From positions 186,001 through 250,000 of the forward strand of contig NIVC01000670.1 in the NCBI GenBank assembly GCA_002269645.1: a DNA stretch of 64,000 nucleotides, written 5' to 3'. This DNA is from Macrostomum lignano. Lineage: Eukaryota. Shown here piece by piece: positions 1-11,529 of the stretch. A program made the translations under genes and the position numbers. A model generated the notes under the pieces. The model was not told the origin of the DNA, ran no database searches, and saw only the letters and a program-made list of their open reading frames with translations. How positions within the stretch are numbered: position 1 is the first letter of the stretch; each line of letters begins with the position of its first letter.

Positions 1-1484
1 GCCTACACTGACCAGGTGGACTCGCTGTCCTATCGCAGCCAGCAGAGCTTCCTGCACATGCTTTGCCGCGTCTGCGATCATTCGCGCAGGCTGGTGCCGC
101 CACCCAGGTGAGCTTATTTGGCTGATCAATGCGACTTTTGCACTGTTGTAAGTAACAAGTCAGCTTCTGTAGGTTCCCTGTTAAATGGCAATCAAACATG
201 ATTTCATATTCAACCCGATTTGATGCAATGCGTAGTGTTCTTCTAAGATGAACTTCCATTAAAAAATCATAACTGGTTTATTTTGCGGACGCTGTTCTAC
301 TATTAGTAGTATTCGGCTAGGGGTCTTAGTCGTTAGAGCATCGGAATTATGACTTAAAAGTCGGGGGTTCGATTCTCGACCCACTCGGAACAATTAGTGT
401 CCCTTAACTCTGCATTGCTTTGGTTCATCCAGCTATAAAATGGGTGCCTGGGGGGGGGGGGTAATTGAGGGTGTGTGGCGACCCCACAGTCCTTGAACTG
501 AACAGCCGTACGCAGCCTTCAGATGCGCCGCGCAATAGCTGCAGCTGAGCTGTCAGTTGCACATCTGGCCATAATTATTAGCATTAGAAAGACACCGAGT
601 CAAAATTGAATAAAAACCTACAGTATCCCTTTGTTCTCAAATGCAGATCGGAGCAATGGCGTGCTCGCATAGTCCTTGATCAGAGCTTTCTGCTGCAGTC
701 GCTGCAGGCGCTCTACAGGATTCTGTTCGCTAGTCAGGGCGTGCCGCTGCCCCGCCGGGTTCGCGGCATGGACCGCATGGAACAGCTGGCCCTGGAGGCG
801 CTGCTAGTAGCTCGCAGCCGAGCCTCCTACGATCTGTTCACAGACGCACTGCTAGTGGCTAATTCTGTGCTCAACTCGCTCAGCACTCATCCGGCTAGCA
901 ACGCGACTGACTCAACTAGCGTTGCTGCCGGCGGCGCCGCTGCCAGCCTGGTGGTGACGCCGCAGCGGCCGCTGGACCCGTCGGTGACTAAAAATGTGGT
1001 AACAAACGCGTCGTTTCGAACTCGCCGCCTGCCTGAGGACATTCCCATTGCCTATTCAACTCGCATCGCCGAGGAGGACGGCGCGTCTGACGAAGACTCG
1101 TTAACGGCGGCGTCAACGGCAACTCCGCCGAAATCTGGCGGTCGGTCCCGCAGCCGGTCCAAGTCGGAACGGCCAACTTCATTCACTGGCGGCCTGGAGC
1201 AGGACATCAAAGATGCCACCCAGTCGATTAAAAAGAATCTAAGCAGCATAACAAAATCGCTGCACATGGCTAAGCACGGCGGCAAAGCCTCCGGTAGCGG
1301 CGGAGGCGGCGGCGGTTCAGCCTCTTCATCGTCGCCTGCCGCCGGCAGAGCCAACGGCGCAGCAGCCGCTGATGCAGCTTCCGGCTCGCCTACAGCAAGC
1401 GGCCATCAGCAGGTGCCGCACGTGGCCATAGTTCACCCGTCGGACAGCATGAATGACGGGATCAGCTATTCCACAGAGCTGTGA
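1..1484 (+). CDS. HYCC1: Hyccin/FAM126 (PI4KIIIalpha complex subunit), last two exons: <1-107 and 647-1484
   Basis: GT-AG intron 108-646 joins both exons in phase 2. Translation YTDQVDSLSYRSQQSFLHMLCRV...RIVLDQSFLLQSLQALY...LALEALLVARSRASYDLFTDALLVANSVLNSL follows the hyccin pattern (RI.VSS.F..Q.L..Y...AL.DI.YRA..EL....LLVANAI), followed by a low-complexity tail. Recognised from memory. Confidence 0.72.
315..450 (+). mobile_element. tRNA-derived SINE with CORE-like body, in the hyccin intron
   Basis: tRNA-like head with B box GGTTCGATTC, then gtgtcc...cattgctt...ca.ccagct.taaaatggg; homologous to the copy at 53375-53545. Confidence 0.7.
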
Positions 1485-2789
1485 ACAACTGGGCCCAGAG
1501 ATTTGACAGAATCAATCTAAAATTAGTTGTCTGCGCTTTTTTGTACACCACCATCAAATTGTATTGGCAAAGCCTGCTTCTCTCTAGCTCACTTGAATAG
1601 TGTGTGATGAGATTATGAATTACATTAAACAAGTTAATTAAGGAGTTAAAGGCTATATTTTTATTTTTCTATAATTATTGATGAGATGTTGGCTGTCCTC
1701 TTGGCTTCCAATAAAAAAATCGTTTAACAAAGTTTAGGAGTTGTTATCGCATCAGCTTACTATCAGTAGTCAGTTGGTTTCTATTCATTGGCAATAATTC
1801 TACATACGACACAAATACTTGCAATAGTGATTTCGTATTAGTCATTTATTCAATCTTTCCTTATAATTTTGTGTGTAGCATATTTAGAATTCTGTTTGTC
1901 CTTTCCTCAAAACGCAAGCCAAAGACAAAATTTGTATCCTGGATTTCAGTGTTCGCTTATCCTCTCCTGGCTATTGATGAGGGGATTTATTTTTATCTGC
2001 AATCTGTATTTATTGAGGTCAAGCCTACTCAAGATTTATGTTATTATTCGAATTTCCTATGTACAATGGAATTATTGTGCAACAGTGCACTACACTATAT
2101 TAATTATGCTCACCATTCATTTCTTTTTTGCCACCCGGCTGCTTCCAGGTGACCTGCGGCACATGTCAGATTCTGTTTTATCATCTAGAAACATTGTGTC
2201 ACTTTATCATTAATCATTTTCTAATGTGGCTACTCAGTTCACATCAGTAGCTTGTAGGTATATTTATATCCTCTGTCTACAGTATCGCTAGCTCTATATT
2301 TCAACAACTCAATTCTGGAATGCAAGTATGCTATCTATTTTTTTCTAGAGCTAACATCATTCCCATTGTATGTAATTCACTTATTATTGGCATAGACGGC
2401 TGCAAGTGACTTTGCTAACCCTAGGATCAGTAGAAATAGTCTTCAATTCATCTGAATTTATTTTTCTTGAACTGAACAATTGTGATGTTTACCTGATTAA
2501 CTTTGCAAGGCGTGTGCAATATGATTAGCATAATTTCTCTGCATGTAAATCTGTCTGAACAGTTATTGAACTGCTTAATATATAAACATATATAAACATA
2601 TTTTTACTATATAGTTCGATGCATACGTTTACTCTATTCAAGCGACTCTAACTTAAATCTGTTTTAGTCGCAAAAAACAGTGTAAAGACCCTCAGTTCTG
2701 TTATATTACATCTCATTGGTTCTATATCTAAGTACTGTAGTTACTGTTTACAGGGAAATGAAACAGCATTTGACCTATCCTTGATCCTT

Positions 2790-3660
2790 CTCAGACCCGA
2801 GCAATGTGTCTTTGACCCACCCGAGATCCATAGAATGTGTCTGACCCACCCGAGGTCCGTAGAATGTGCCTGACCCACCCGAGGTCCGTAGAATGTGCCT
2901 GACCCACCCGAGGTCCGTAGGATGTGCTTGACCCACCCGAGGTCCGTAGGATGTGCTTGACCCACCCGACGTCCGTAGGATGTGCTTGACCCACCCCCAA
3001 GTTCGTAAGATGTGCCTGACCCACCCCAAGTTCGTAGGATTTGCCTGACCCACCCGAGGTCCGTAGGATGTGCTTGACCCACCCGAGGTCCGTAGGATGT
3101 GCTTGACCCACCCGACGTCCGTAGGATGTGCCTGACCCACCCGAGGTCCGTAGGATGTGCTTGACCCACCCGAGGTCTGTAGAATGTGCCTGACCCATCC
3201 GAGGTCTGTAGAATGTGCCTGACCCACTCGAGGTCTGTAGAATGTGCTTGACCCAACCCGAGGTCCGTAGGATGTGCTTGACCCACCCGAGGTCTGTAGA
3301 ATGTGCCTGACCCAACCCGAGGTCCGTAGGATGTGCCTGACCCACCCGAGGTCCGTAGGATGTGCTTGACCCACCCGAGGTCCGTAGAATGTGCTTGACC
3401 CACCCGAGGTCCGTAGGATGTGCTTGACCCACCCGAGGTCCGTAGGATGTGCTTGACCCACCCGAGGTCCGTAGGATGTGCTTGACCCACCCGAGGTCCG
3501 TAGGATGTGCTTGACCCACCCGAGGTCCGTAGGATGTGCTTGACCCACCCGAGGTCCGTAGGATGTGCTTGACCCACCCGAGGTCCGTAGGATGTACCTG
3601 ACCCACCCGAGGTCATAGAATGTGCCTGACCCACCCCCAAGTTCGTAGGATGTGCCTGAG
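2790..3660. repeat. 29-bp minisatellite (GACCCACCCGAGGTCCGTAGGATGTGCTT)n, about 30 copies
   Basis: Period read directly; the overlapping ORFs repeat every 29 aa. Confidence 0.95.
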
Positions 3661-4399
3661 TGCTTAAACGTATTGAGATTTTCTGTTTCAAACAGAATAA
3701 AGGCCCTGTGAATAGTGAAATACTCTTCTCTGACGTGTAATAGCTGCCCAAAAAATGCCTTACTTGCCGGTCGCATAGCGCTCGTACTGTACATGTAAAG
3801 TAAGTAAAGTAAAGTAAATGCCAGCGTGTTTTCTGTGTGCTTACTTCCAACTGTGACAAAAACCGGTAAGTTTCAAAGCCCGTCTACATGCATGTTAAAC
3901 AGCGCAGTGTTCGACTAGGGGTGTGTTTCATAGAGCACTTGTCAGAGTTACAAGTGTGACAAAGGACAAGTTCTAGTCACAAGCGGTTTGTTTCATAGTC
4001 CTTGCTTCTTGAAGAAATTTTGATTTGGTGCAGTTCACGAAAACGACATTTGCTACTGTTATGTGACATTTTCGAGTTATTTGCAACGTGAGTGATGTTG
4101 ACGGCGTCGGTTTTAAATTACGAGTACATAGTCTTGGCCTTGCTGTAGTGGAAGCTGTCTTGAGTGACTTGCCATTGGCTCCCGCAACCGACTACAACGA
4201 AGATAATCAGAAACTCAACGAAATGATTGCGTTGGTTGTACCAGAAGCTATAACGATGGTTTAAGTGGATGGTCGAGATATTTCGATCGTGGCAGAAGTA
4301 GAAGACTCAAAATGGGTTAAGGCTTCATGGACCGAAATTGGTGTTCGCCGATCGAGACGAGCAAGCACGATCTCAACTATACTCGTACGTTCTCAAAGG

Positions 4400-5219
4400 T
4401 TATCGATCTTAAATAAATGAAATAAGCACGGTGCCCGCTATATGGCGCTTCTACGTTAAAGGATTTTTTCATCATGCTGCAACAGCTCGTACTACTCTGT
4501 CAACGAATGCGAAAAGCTATAGAGCCTCCTGGAACGACGTGGAATTCAATGAGAGCCGATGTGCGCTCGACGCTTCAATGAAGCTCTGCAGAGTCCCAGT
4601 GACGTAAAGGGTAGTGGATTGCGTCGTGCAGGACCTGTTCCATCTGACATCGAAGATAAGCTCTGGTCTGAAGGTGTGCTATGGTAGTGCATGATATTCC
4701 GGCCATGACAACTGGAGAGTTCCGTGATTTGGGATGTCGATGCGGAGTTGTGCGGAATTGCTGGAAGACCAATCGCGTGATTGTCTATTGAGCTGATCTG
4801 TTACGATCCATTGACTCACTTTGAACTGTCATGCTGAAAAGGCCGTTCAACAACTGTCCGCTATTCTACAAGCTACAACATTATAATCGATGCGATCATT
4901 CGGACGTCAGAAAGGATCGATCGGACGTCATTCTCAAGCGAATACAGTCAAGGAACTCCTGGGGCACGTAGCACCAGATGACACGTCGCGCTACATGTAC
5001 ACTAACCAGACCTTGCGAAAGACGTGCGCGGCCCGTCTGTATGAGGCAGGGTTTGAGCGCGCCGACATTTGTCGAGTTACTGGCCACAGCAGCTCAGCCG
5101 TAGATCGTTTCATCGGCCTTTCTGTGGAGCAGGAAAGGTTTACTACAGACGTCATCAGTTCAGCCAGACCAGCTGTGCCCGCCAAGTCTGACCCGAGGCA
5201 CGCAAGCAACTCTGACTGA
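4400..5219 (+). pseudogene. Degenerate Crypton-type (DUF3504-like) tyrosine recombinase
   Basis: Broken frames give RNKHGARY, ALDASMK, KGSGLRRAGPVPSDIEDKLWSEGVL and YTNQTLRKTCAARLYEAGFERADICRVTGHSSSAVDRF, matching the DUF3504 pattern YTNHSLRAT.ATRL......I...TGH.S..V..Y; stops and frameshifts present. Confidence 0.8.
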
Positions 5220-5289
5220 CCCTCCGTGTGTTGAACAGCCATCTGGAAAAAATGCGCATCGAAATTTTCGCATTGACATTTTTTCGGAA

Positions 5290-5655
5290 GCACGAGAATT
5301 TCCCGCAGGAATTTTTCCTGCCGAGGCTTGCCCGCGCGGGCTTTTCCCGCGGCGAGGTTTTCCCGCGAGAGTTTTTTTTCGCCGAGGTTTTCCCGCAGGG
5401 GTTTTTAGTCGGAATTTCAATTCAAATCCAGTCTATAGACAGTGCTGGACTAGATTAGAACTAGCCTAGACTAGACTAGACTAGATTTCAAATCCGATTG
5501 AATTTGACTTGAAATTCCGACTGTAAAAACTCTGCAGGAAAACCTCGCCGTGGAAAAATCTCGGCGGGGAAATCTCGGCGGGAAAACCTCCAGCGGGAAA
5601 ACCTCCAGCGGGAAAACCTCCAGCGGGAAAACCTCCAGCGGGAAATTCTCATAGA
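5290..5655. repeat. Foldback/inverted-repeat element with GGGAAA-type subrepeats and a (CTAGA)n core
   Basis: ccgaggttttcccgcaggggtttttagtcggaatttcaa (about 5382-5420) is the near reverse complement of ttgaaattccgactgtaaaaactctgcaggaaaacctcg (about 5510-5548). Confidence 0.75.
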
Positions 5656-6277
5656 CCCGATTTTCGTCTACACATTAAACTAAACCAATCGATGCTGACG
5701 TGCATCCTTCTGCTATTGGTTGGACTTTTACCGTACACTGCAGTTTTCTTTTGCTTAAATAAAACGTTCTACCGTTCCGTTGCCACTTTTGGCCATTTAT
5801 TTGGCCCGGCCAGATAAATTAACCATAAGACTACAAGACCGGGACCTAAAGGGGGATAAATGTCGCGACAGGTCAAACTTTGTCGTCAGACACCCATTGC
5901 GTGCTATCTGTTGTGACGTTGTCAGTTTAAGTAGCCCCGCCAAGGGCCGTTTTAGCATACGGTACCAATCTATAATATTGTTGGTTTCGTACTCTCACGT
6001 CTGCTTAAAGTAGTGCCTAAAGAATTTTTTAATCAGCTTGCGTACATTTGTAAAGCCTGCGTACAGTGCGCGATCGATAATTTCTGTTTTCTGTTTTTTC
6101 CAGCCGGCCAATAGAAAAGCCGCGCGTTAATTATGTTAAGTTCTCCGCGCGCACCCACCCCCAGCCCGCTCTTTATCAGTCCTGTCTGGCTGGGGCGCTC
6201 GGGGGTTTCCTTTTCCTGTTTCAGTTTTTCTGCCTCGTTAGCCAGCCTTAGGCTCCTTAGACTCTTGCCACCCCGGC

Positions 6278-6616
6278 TTGACTTACTTTGACTTAGCTGC
6301 AGGGTGGTCCGTAGACACAGCGGGGAGGCGAGGGTCGCCCATTCCGCTAGCCCCTGAAGGCCCGCAGACAGGCAGAGGCGTGGGGCCGGTCAGGGTGGTC
6401 CGCCGGTCCGTCCTGCAGCGGGATCTTCCGTTGGGAAGAAACTGGCTCGTCTAGTCGCCCGAAGGAACTGGATGAGCCGTGAGATGCTGTCGGGCTGGCA
6501 GACCTCGTCAATGGACGGGTTCGGCCCGAGGTAGCGTAGCCGGTCTCTGTTAAAGAAAGGGCAGTGACAGACAAAGTGCTGAGCATCTTCATTGTCGCAC
6601 TCGCAAAAGGGGCAAA
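6278..6616 (-). mobile_element. 5'-truncated LINE 3' end (CCHC zinc knuckle, stop, 3' UTR, AAGTC/AAGT tail)
   Basis: Minus strand reads CPFCECDNEDAQHFVCHCPFFNRDRLRYLG...SRLIQFLRATRR...PP* (stop 6390-6392), ending aagtcaaagtaagtcaa; absent from the second LTR copy. Confidence 0.8.
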
Positions 6617-6698
6617 GGCACTCCGTGTTTGCTTGCCTTCTCTCCGCCTCACCCCGCCACGGTTCTTAACTAGGCCTCTGCCAAGCCTGAGTCACGCC

Positions 6699-6872
6699 CA
6701 TGCTTGGGCGCAACCTTGGGATTTACTCGGCCGTTTCTATTGGCAACACACACATGTAAGTCGCTATTGGACGGAATAGTATAGTCACGTGACTGCTCTC
6801 AGCCAATAGCGACTTACATGTGTGTGTTGCCAATAGAAACGGCAGGGTGATTCCCAAAGTTGCGCATGTATG
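6699..6872. mobile_element. Palindromic hAT-type MITE (174 bp)
   Basis: 8-bp TSD GTCACGCC (6691-6698, 6873-6880); empty site present in LTR copy 41485-42339; second copy at 35230-35401. Confidence 0.92.
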
Positions 6873-7407
6873 GTCACGCCACTTCTACTGTCTGTTCGAG
6901 CTCTCACTACGAGCACCGCCACCGCACGTTCACCGCCATCACTTCGTCACCATTGCCTCAAACTCATCGACCACTCTGCCTTCTACCATCTAACTTATTG
7001 TTGTGTAGCCGTCAGTGCATCGTTTACGAATCCAACTAGTACTTTAACCTATCTCTGTTGGCCGCCCAGACGGAATTAATAATAGCAAGCCTAACTGTCC
7101 TCTCATACGCTACAATCGCCATTATTGCCAAGTGCTACCCCTACAAAAATTGCCTCGGCCGTATTTTTCTTCGTTGATTATTTTCTGGGCCGCCACTTTA
7201 TCGTCACACTGTACTTGTACCCGCTGCTTTCTTATTCACTTTGTAATGGAAGTACAAGGAGAGTATTTTATTGATGCTCATTTTCCGCATTAAAAATCTC
7301 ATTAAATCTGTTCTGTTGTTGAATTAACGAACGCAGAAACAAGATAGATAAGTATCCGGGCGCTCAGTGGCACCAAAAGAAGGCTTGTCCAATAGGAGGG
7401 CGGCTCG

Positions 7408-7504
7408 TATATTTATGCACGCGGGGAAGGAAAGTTCTAGAAAGACCGGGGAAGGAAACTTCTGGAACTATGCGTAAACAAGTCCGCGGTGGAAGTTTCT
7501 AGAA
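7408..7504 (-). promoter_or_regulatory. Three perfect heat-shock elements plus a TATA-like box
   Basis: GAAagTTCtaGAA 7430-7442, GAAacTTCtgGAA 7455-7467, GAAgtTTCtaGAA 7492-7504; minus-strand CATAAATATA at 7408-7417. Confidence 0.8.
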
Positions 7505-8277
7505 ACGCTGTCCCCGAACTACCCCTACGCATCGCATGCCTTTGCAATACACAACAAAATCTACCTAAAACAGCCAGCATTTCAGGTGGTATAATGACCA
7601 TGGCAATGTGTTTTATTTGAAAGCTTCAGGCCGGTCACAGAAGACCTATTTTTATCTGCAAACTGAATTTTATCATATGCTCACGCTGTACTTGTGTGAG
7701 CAAATTGACTTGATTAAAAATAACATCCTATCAGTTACACAAGAAGGTGAATGACGCCGTTTACAAAAGCAGCCAAGCGCACCTGCATGACTGTTACGAG
7801 CGCTGATAAGGGACTGTATGAACCCACCATATTTAGATATGCAGCGCATAAACACTTAATAGCGACTCTTTATACTGAATCAGAGCTACGTTTACTTTTC
7901 TCGAATTTTCTGGACAGAAATGGAAGCCGATTTCATGCGCTACTGCTATATAAGGCAAAGGACTTGCGCTACATTGTTTGGTTGCGATATGTAAACGCGT
8001 GCAGAATTTAAACCACTATCAGCAAGCCCCCATAATATAGTGTAATTCTGCAGCTCTGGAGACTTAATTTAAACGATTTCGCTACGCAAGCAGCCCCACC
8101 CCCGGCCACACAGAGCGGAGCTAAATAAATACGAGCTACATATGAAAAAATCTTGAACTGGAAAGCCGCGTCACTCCGTGTATCTATCAACTTATATAAA
8201 ATAGCTAGCTTTCGTTTTCTGTTGGCAACTGGCCAGGGTTTCACTTTAGCGAGGTTAATTTCACAGATAGCTACCAA

Positions 8278-8879
8278 ATGTTCGGTCACGGTCCCGGTCG
8301 AGGTCACGGTCACGGTCACGGTGCAAGCGGCGGCAATCCTCAGGTGACTCTGAGCTGGATCCCGGCCAGAGGAGGCCAGATTCCGAACGGCGCCATCCAG
8401 GTTGGCCATGGAGTTTTTGTGGCGAGGGCGCAGCATGCAGGAGAGCTCATTCCTGGTGGGTCTTTCATTTTTCTGGCTGCACATGTATGTATACATGCAC
8501 TTATTTTAGGTATGAAATTGCAGCTCAATTGGGGTAAATCCATTTTGCAGGCAAGGCATCCATGGGTCACCAAGCCGCATACGTCTCCTACGGTGGTCAG
8601 GAGCACGCTGTCTCCGACTACGAGATCCTGTGCGACACCCACATGCAGTGCTTTGGCTGCAACTACACCTGGGAGCGGTGCCACGGTCGCTCCGTGCCTC
8701 GTGGCGCCCTGATCGGCGGCTACTCGGCCGACAGGCAGCCCTACTACATCGGCCGCAGCCAAATCAATGGCGAAATGGTCGCCGGCAAGGTGTTCGAGCC
8801 TCACGGCTGCGCCTATTTCCCGTGGGGAGGTCAGGAGCATCGCAGCAACGAATTTGAGATCCTTGTTCTGAAGCAGTGA
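8278..8879 (+). CDS. DM9-repeat (DUF3421) lectin-like protein, copy a; exons 8278-8455 and 8551-8879, 168 aa
   Basis: Two DM9 repeats (WIPARGGQIPNGAIQVG...IPGK...YVSYGGQEH..YEIL; VPRGALIGG...YIGR...GKV...FPWGGQEH...FEILV); phase-1 GT-AG intron restores IPGK; TATA-like TATATAAAA near 8194. Confidence 0.92.
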
Positions 8880-10187
8880 AATATAAATAGTAAACTCTGA
8901 TACATTAATCATAGTTAATAGTTAACGTTAATTATTAATACTTTTATAGTGCCTTACATTGGGAAATATATACATACTCGGAGCGTACGTCTTTATTAAG
9001 TGACCACACTTCTACGTTTGATTTCCAGTACACGCGCATACAGTATATAATAGCTGCTCTAATTTTTTTTGTTTTTGCTAAATACTGTTCTTCATCGGCG
9101 AGTGTTTCTAGCCGTGAGCAAAAAACAAACGGAATTTTGAGAGACATTGTCCAAATTCTAAAGTCAACTTTTAAGCTTTTCATTCGAAGCATCCACGATA
9201 TAAAGCCGTGCATACAGAAACCGATTTAAAAAAAACTGTATGCCTCAGCAGAGGTCAGCTTTTTGCTTAATGCATTTGCTTAAGATAAACCAAAAGCGAT
9301 TGGCAGTAGTTAGAGTGTTTCATTTTTCATATTTCCTAATAACAATTCTGTTTGCTATGCAAACATTGTAGAAGTTTAGTAAAGTAGAGCTAACGATAAA
9401 CGCAGTATACTCGTATGCATCAAATAGTTAAAACACTGCCGGGTGATTCTTTAACCATTTTAACAACAATTTTTTGCGATCTAACACCTGCAGTAAGAGT
9501 AAATTTAACTGAAAAATCTGCGGAACAGAAACTATTAAATCAGGTAAAGTGGCTCGCTTGATGAAGAGTAGATAAATAAAGGTAAATATCAACATGAAGT
9601 TAGTTGATATTTTCATTAAATTCATTAAATTATATAACTAGTTAGTTATATTTTAGTTGATATTTACTCAAATAAATAAATACTAACTTCATGTTGATAT
9701 TTACCTTTATTTAGAAACTATTAAAATTTGCTATAGAGATTCAAAACGAAACAAAATGTTTTTTTATTTAATAATTCACTGATGCTAAGATGCAAAAATT
9801 GACCTAATTCAATTGCATAATTAGATAATAACTACTGAAAATATGCTTGAATCATACCAATTTTGTTAAAAGTTAGGAACAATTGTTTCGAATATCTGTC
9901 AGGAAACCAAAAAAATTAGAGCAGATATACAACACAAACTGTATACGACGTATGTGCACGGTACTGCAAATCAAACAGAAGTGCTGTCTCAGACGATTAT
10001 AAAAAAACGTACGCTCGTATATGTATAATTCTTAATGTAAAGCACTATAAAAGGATTAATAATTAACGTTAATTTTGTAACTATAGCGCTCACTGGAACG
10101 GAAATATCTATTTTGGATTTAACAAGTTTGCTAATGATTATATGGTATCAGAGTTTACTCAGTCTCGTGCAGCAATCAAAGAATATT

Positions 10188-10812
10188 TCACTGCTTCAGA
10201 ACGAGGATCTCAAATTCGTTGCTGCGATGCTCCTGACCTCCCCACGGGAAATAGGCGCAGCCGTGAGGCTCGAACACCTTACCGGCGACCATTTCGCCAT
10301 TGATTTGGCTGCGGCCGATGTAGTAGGGCTGCCTGTCGGCCGAGTAGCCGCCGATCAGGGCGCCACGAGGCACGGGGCGACCGTGGCACCGCTCCCAGGT
10401 GTAGTTGCAGCCAAAACACTGCATGTGGGTGTCGCACAGGATCTCGTAGTCGGAGACAGCGTGCTCCTGACCACCGTAGGAGACGTATGCGGCTTGGTGA
10501 CCCATGGATGCCTTGCCTGCAAAATGGATTTAGCCCAATTGAGCTGCAATTTCATACCTAAAATAAGTAAGTACATGTATGCATACATGTGCAGCCATAC
10601 AAATAAAATATCTCACCAGGAATGAGCTCTCCTGCGTGCTGCGCTCTCGCCACAAAAACTCCATGGCCAACCTGGATGGCGCCGTTCGGAATCTGGCCTC
10701 CTCTGGCCGGGATCCAGCTCAGAGTCACCTGAGGATTGCCGCCGCTTGCACCGTGACCGTGACCGTGACCGCGACCGGGACCGTGACCGGGACCGAGACC
10801 GAGACTGAACAT
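10188..10812 (-). CDS. DM9-repeat lectin-like protein, copy b; exons 10812-10617 and 10516-10188, 174 aa
   Basis: Near-identical to copy a, same intron position, longer Gly-His N-terminus. Confidence 0.92.
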
Positions 10813-11529
10813 TGGTAGCTATCTATGATATCAACCTAAGTAGACCTAAAGTAAAGCACTGGCCAGTTGCCAACAGAAAACGAAAGCTATAGCTTTTTTA
10901 TAAGTTGATACACGGAGTGACGCGGCTTTCCCGTTCGAGACAACAAGCAGTTTTTATAGTGTCGAATTCTCAGCACCAGAGCCGTCTTTTGCGGTGCCTA
11001 TGGTGTCATTTTAAAGCTGATATATGCGTAGACGTGACTCACATTTCACGAGATTCTGATCTAAAACAGCAGGGGCACAGCATCTCAACAACATTGATAA
11101 TAAAATTTGAAAAATTCGGGAATGCGGGTTTGAGCAAAGCAATATTAATATCGAATATCTCAGCACTAGAGCCGTCTTTTACGGTGCCTGGGTGTCATTG
11201 TTATAAAGCTGAGAAATGTGTAAAAAGTAAACGGAAGCACTTTTTCAAACAAGCGTGTGTTATAAGACAGCTGCAATCGAAGCAGTTTCTCAAGGACTAC
11301 TCAAATAAAAGGACGGGAAACTACGTGTACGTTTCTTGGAAAATTTTAGGAGGCCGGTTTGCCGACGAAAAAAAACATTACAGAGATGAGTTTTTCATTT
11401 TTTAACATCACAAATATTGTTATTGCCCTTAAATGGAAGTGAGACCCAGTGTCCATATTTTATTATGTCTCACCTTATAGAACTCCTTGCTTATAGCCCT
11501 ATTGATATTCATGGCGATTTTCGTTTCTA

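Larger units (their letters stand above)
5912..7208. mobile_element. Solo LTR carrying two nested insertions
   Basis: Termini TGTGAC...GTCACA, flanked by 4-bp repeat CTGT; homologous to 41485-42339. Confidence 0.85.

Noticed and set aside
315-400. Possible tRNA gene (also 53380-53455)
   Set aside because: No proper acceptor stem, and it continues into a shared CORE-like body, so it is a SINE head
2741-3859. Long ORFs of 271-372 aa
   Set aside because: Translations of the stop-free strand of a 29-bp minisatellite
10905-11405. 166-aa ORF
   Set aside because: No recognisable motif; overlaps the DM9b promoter and a local direct repeat
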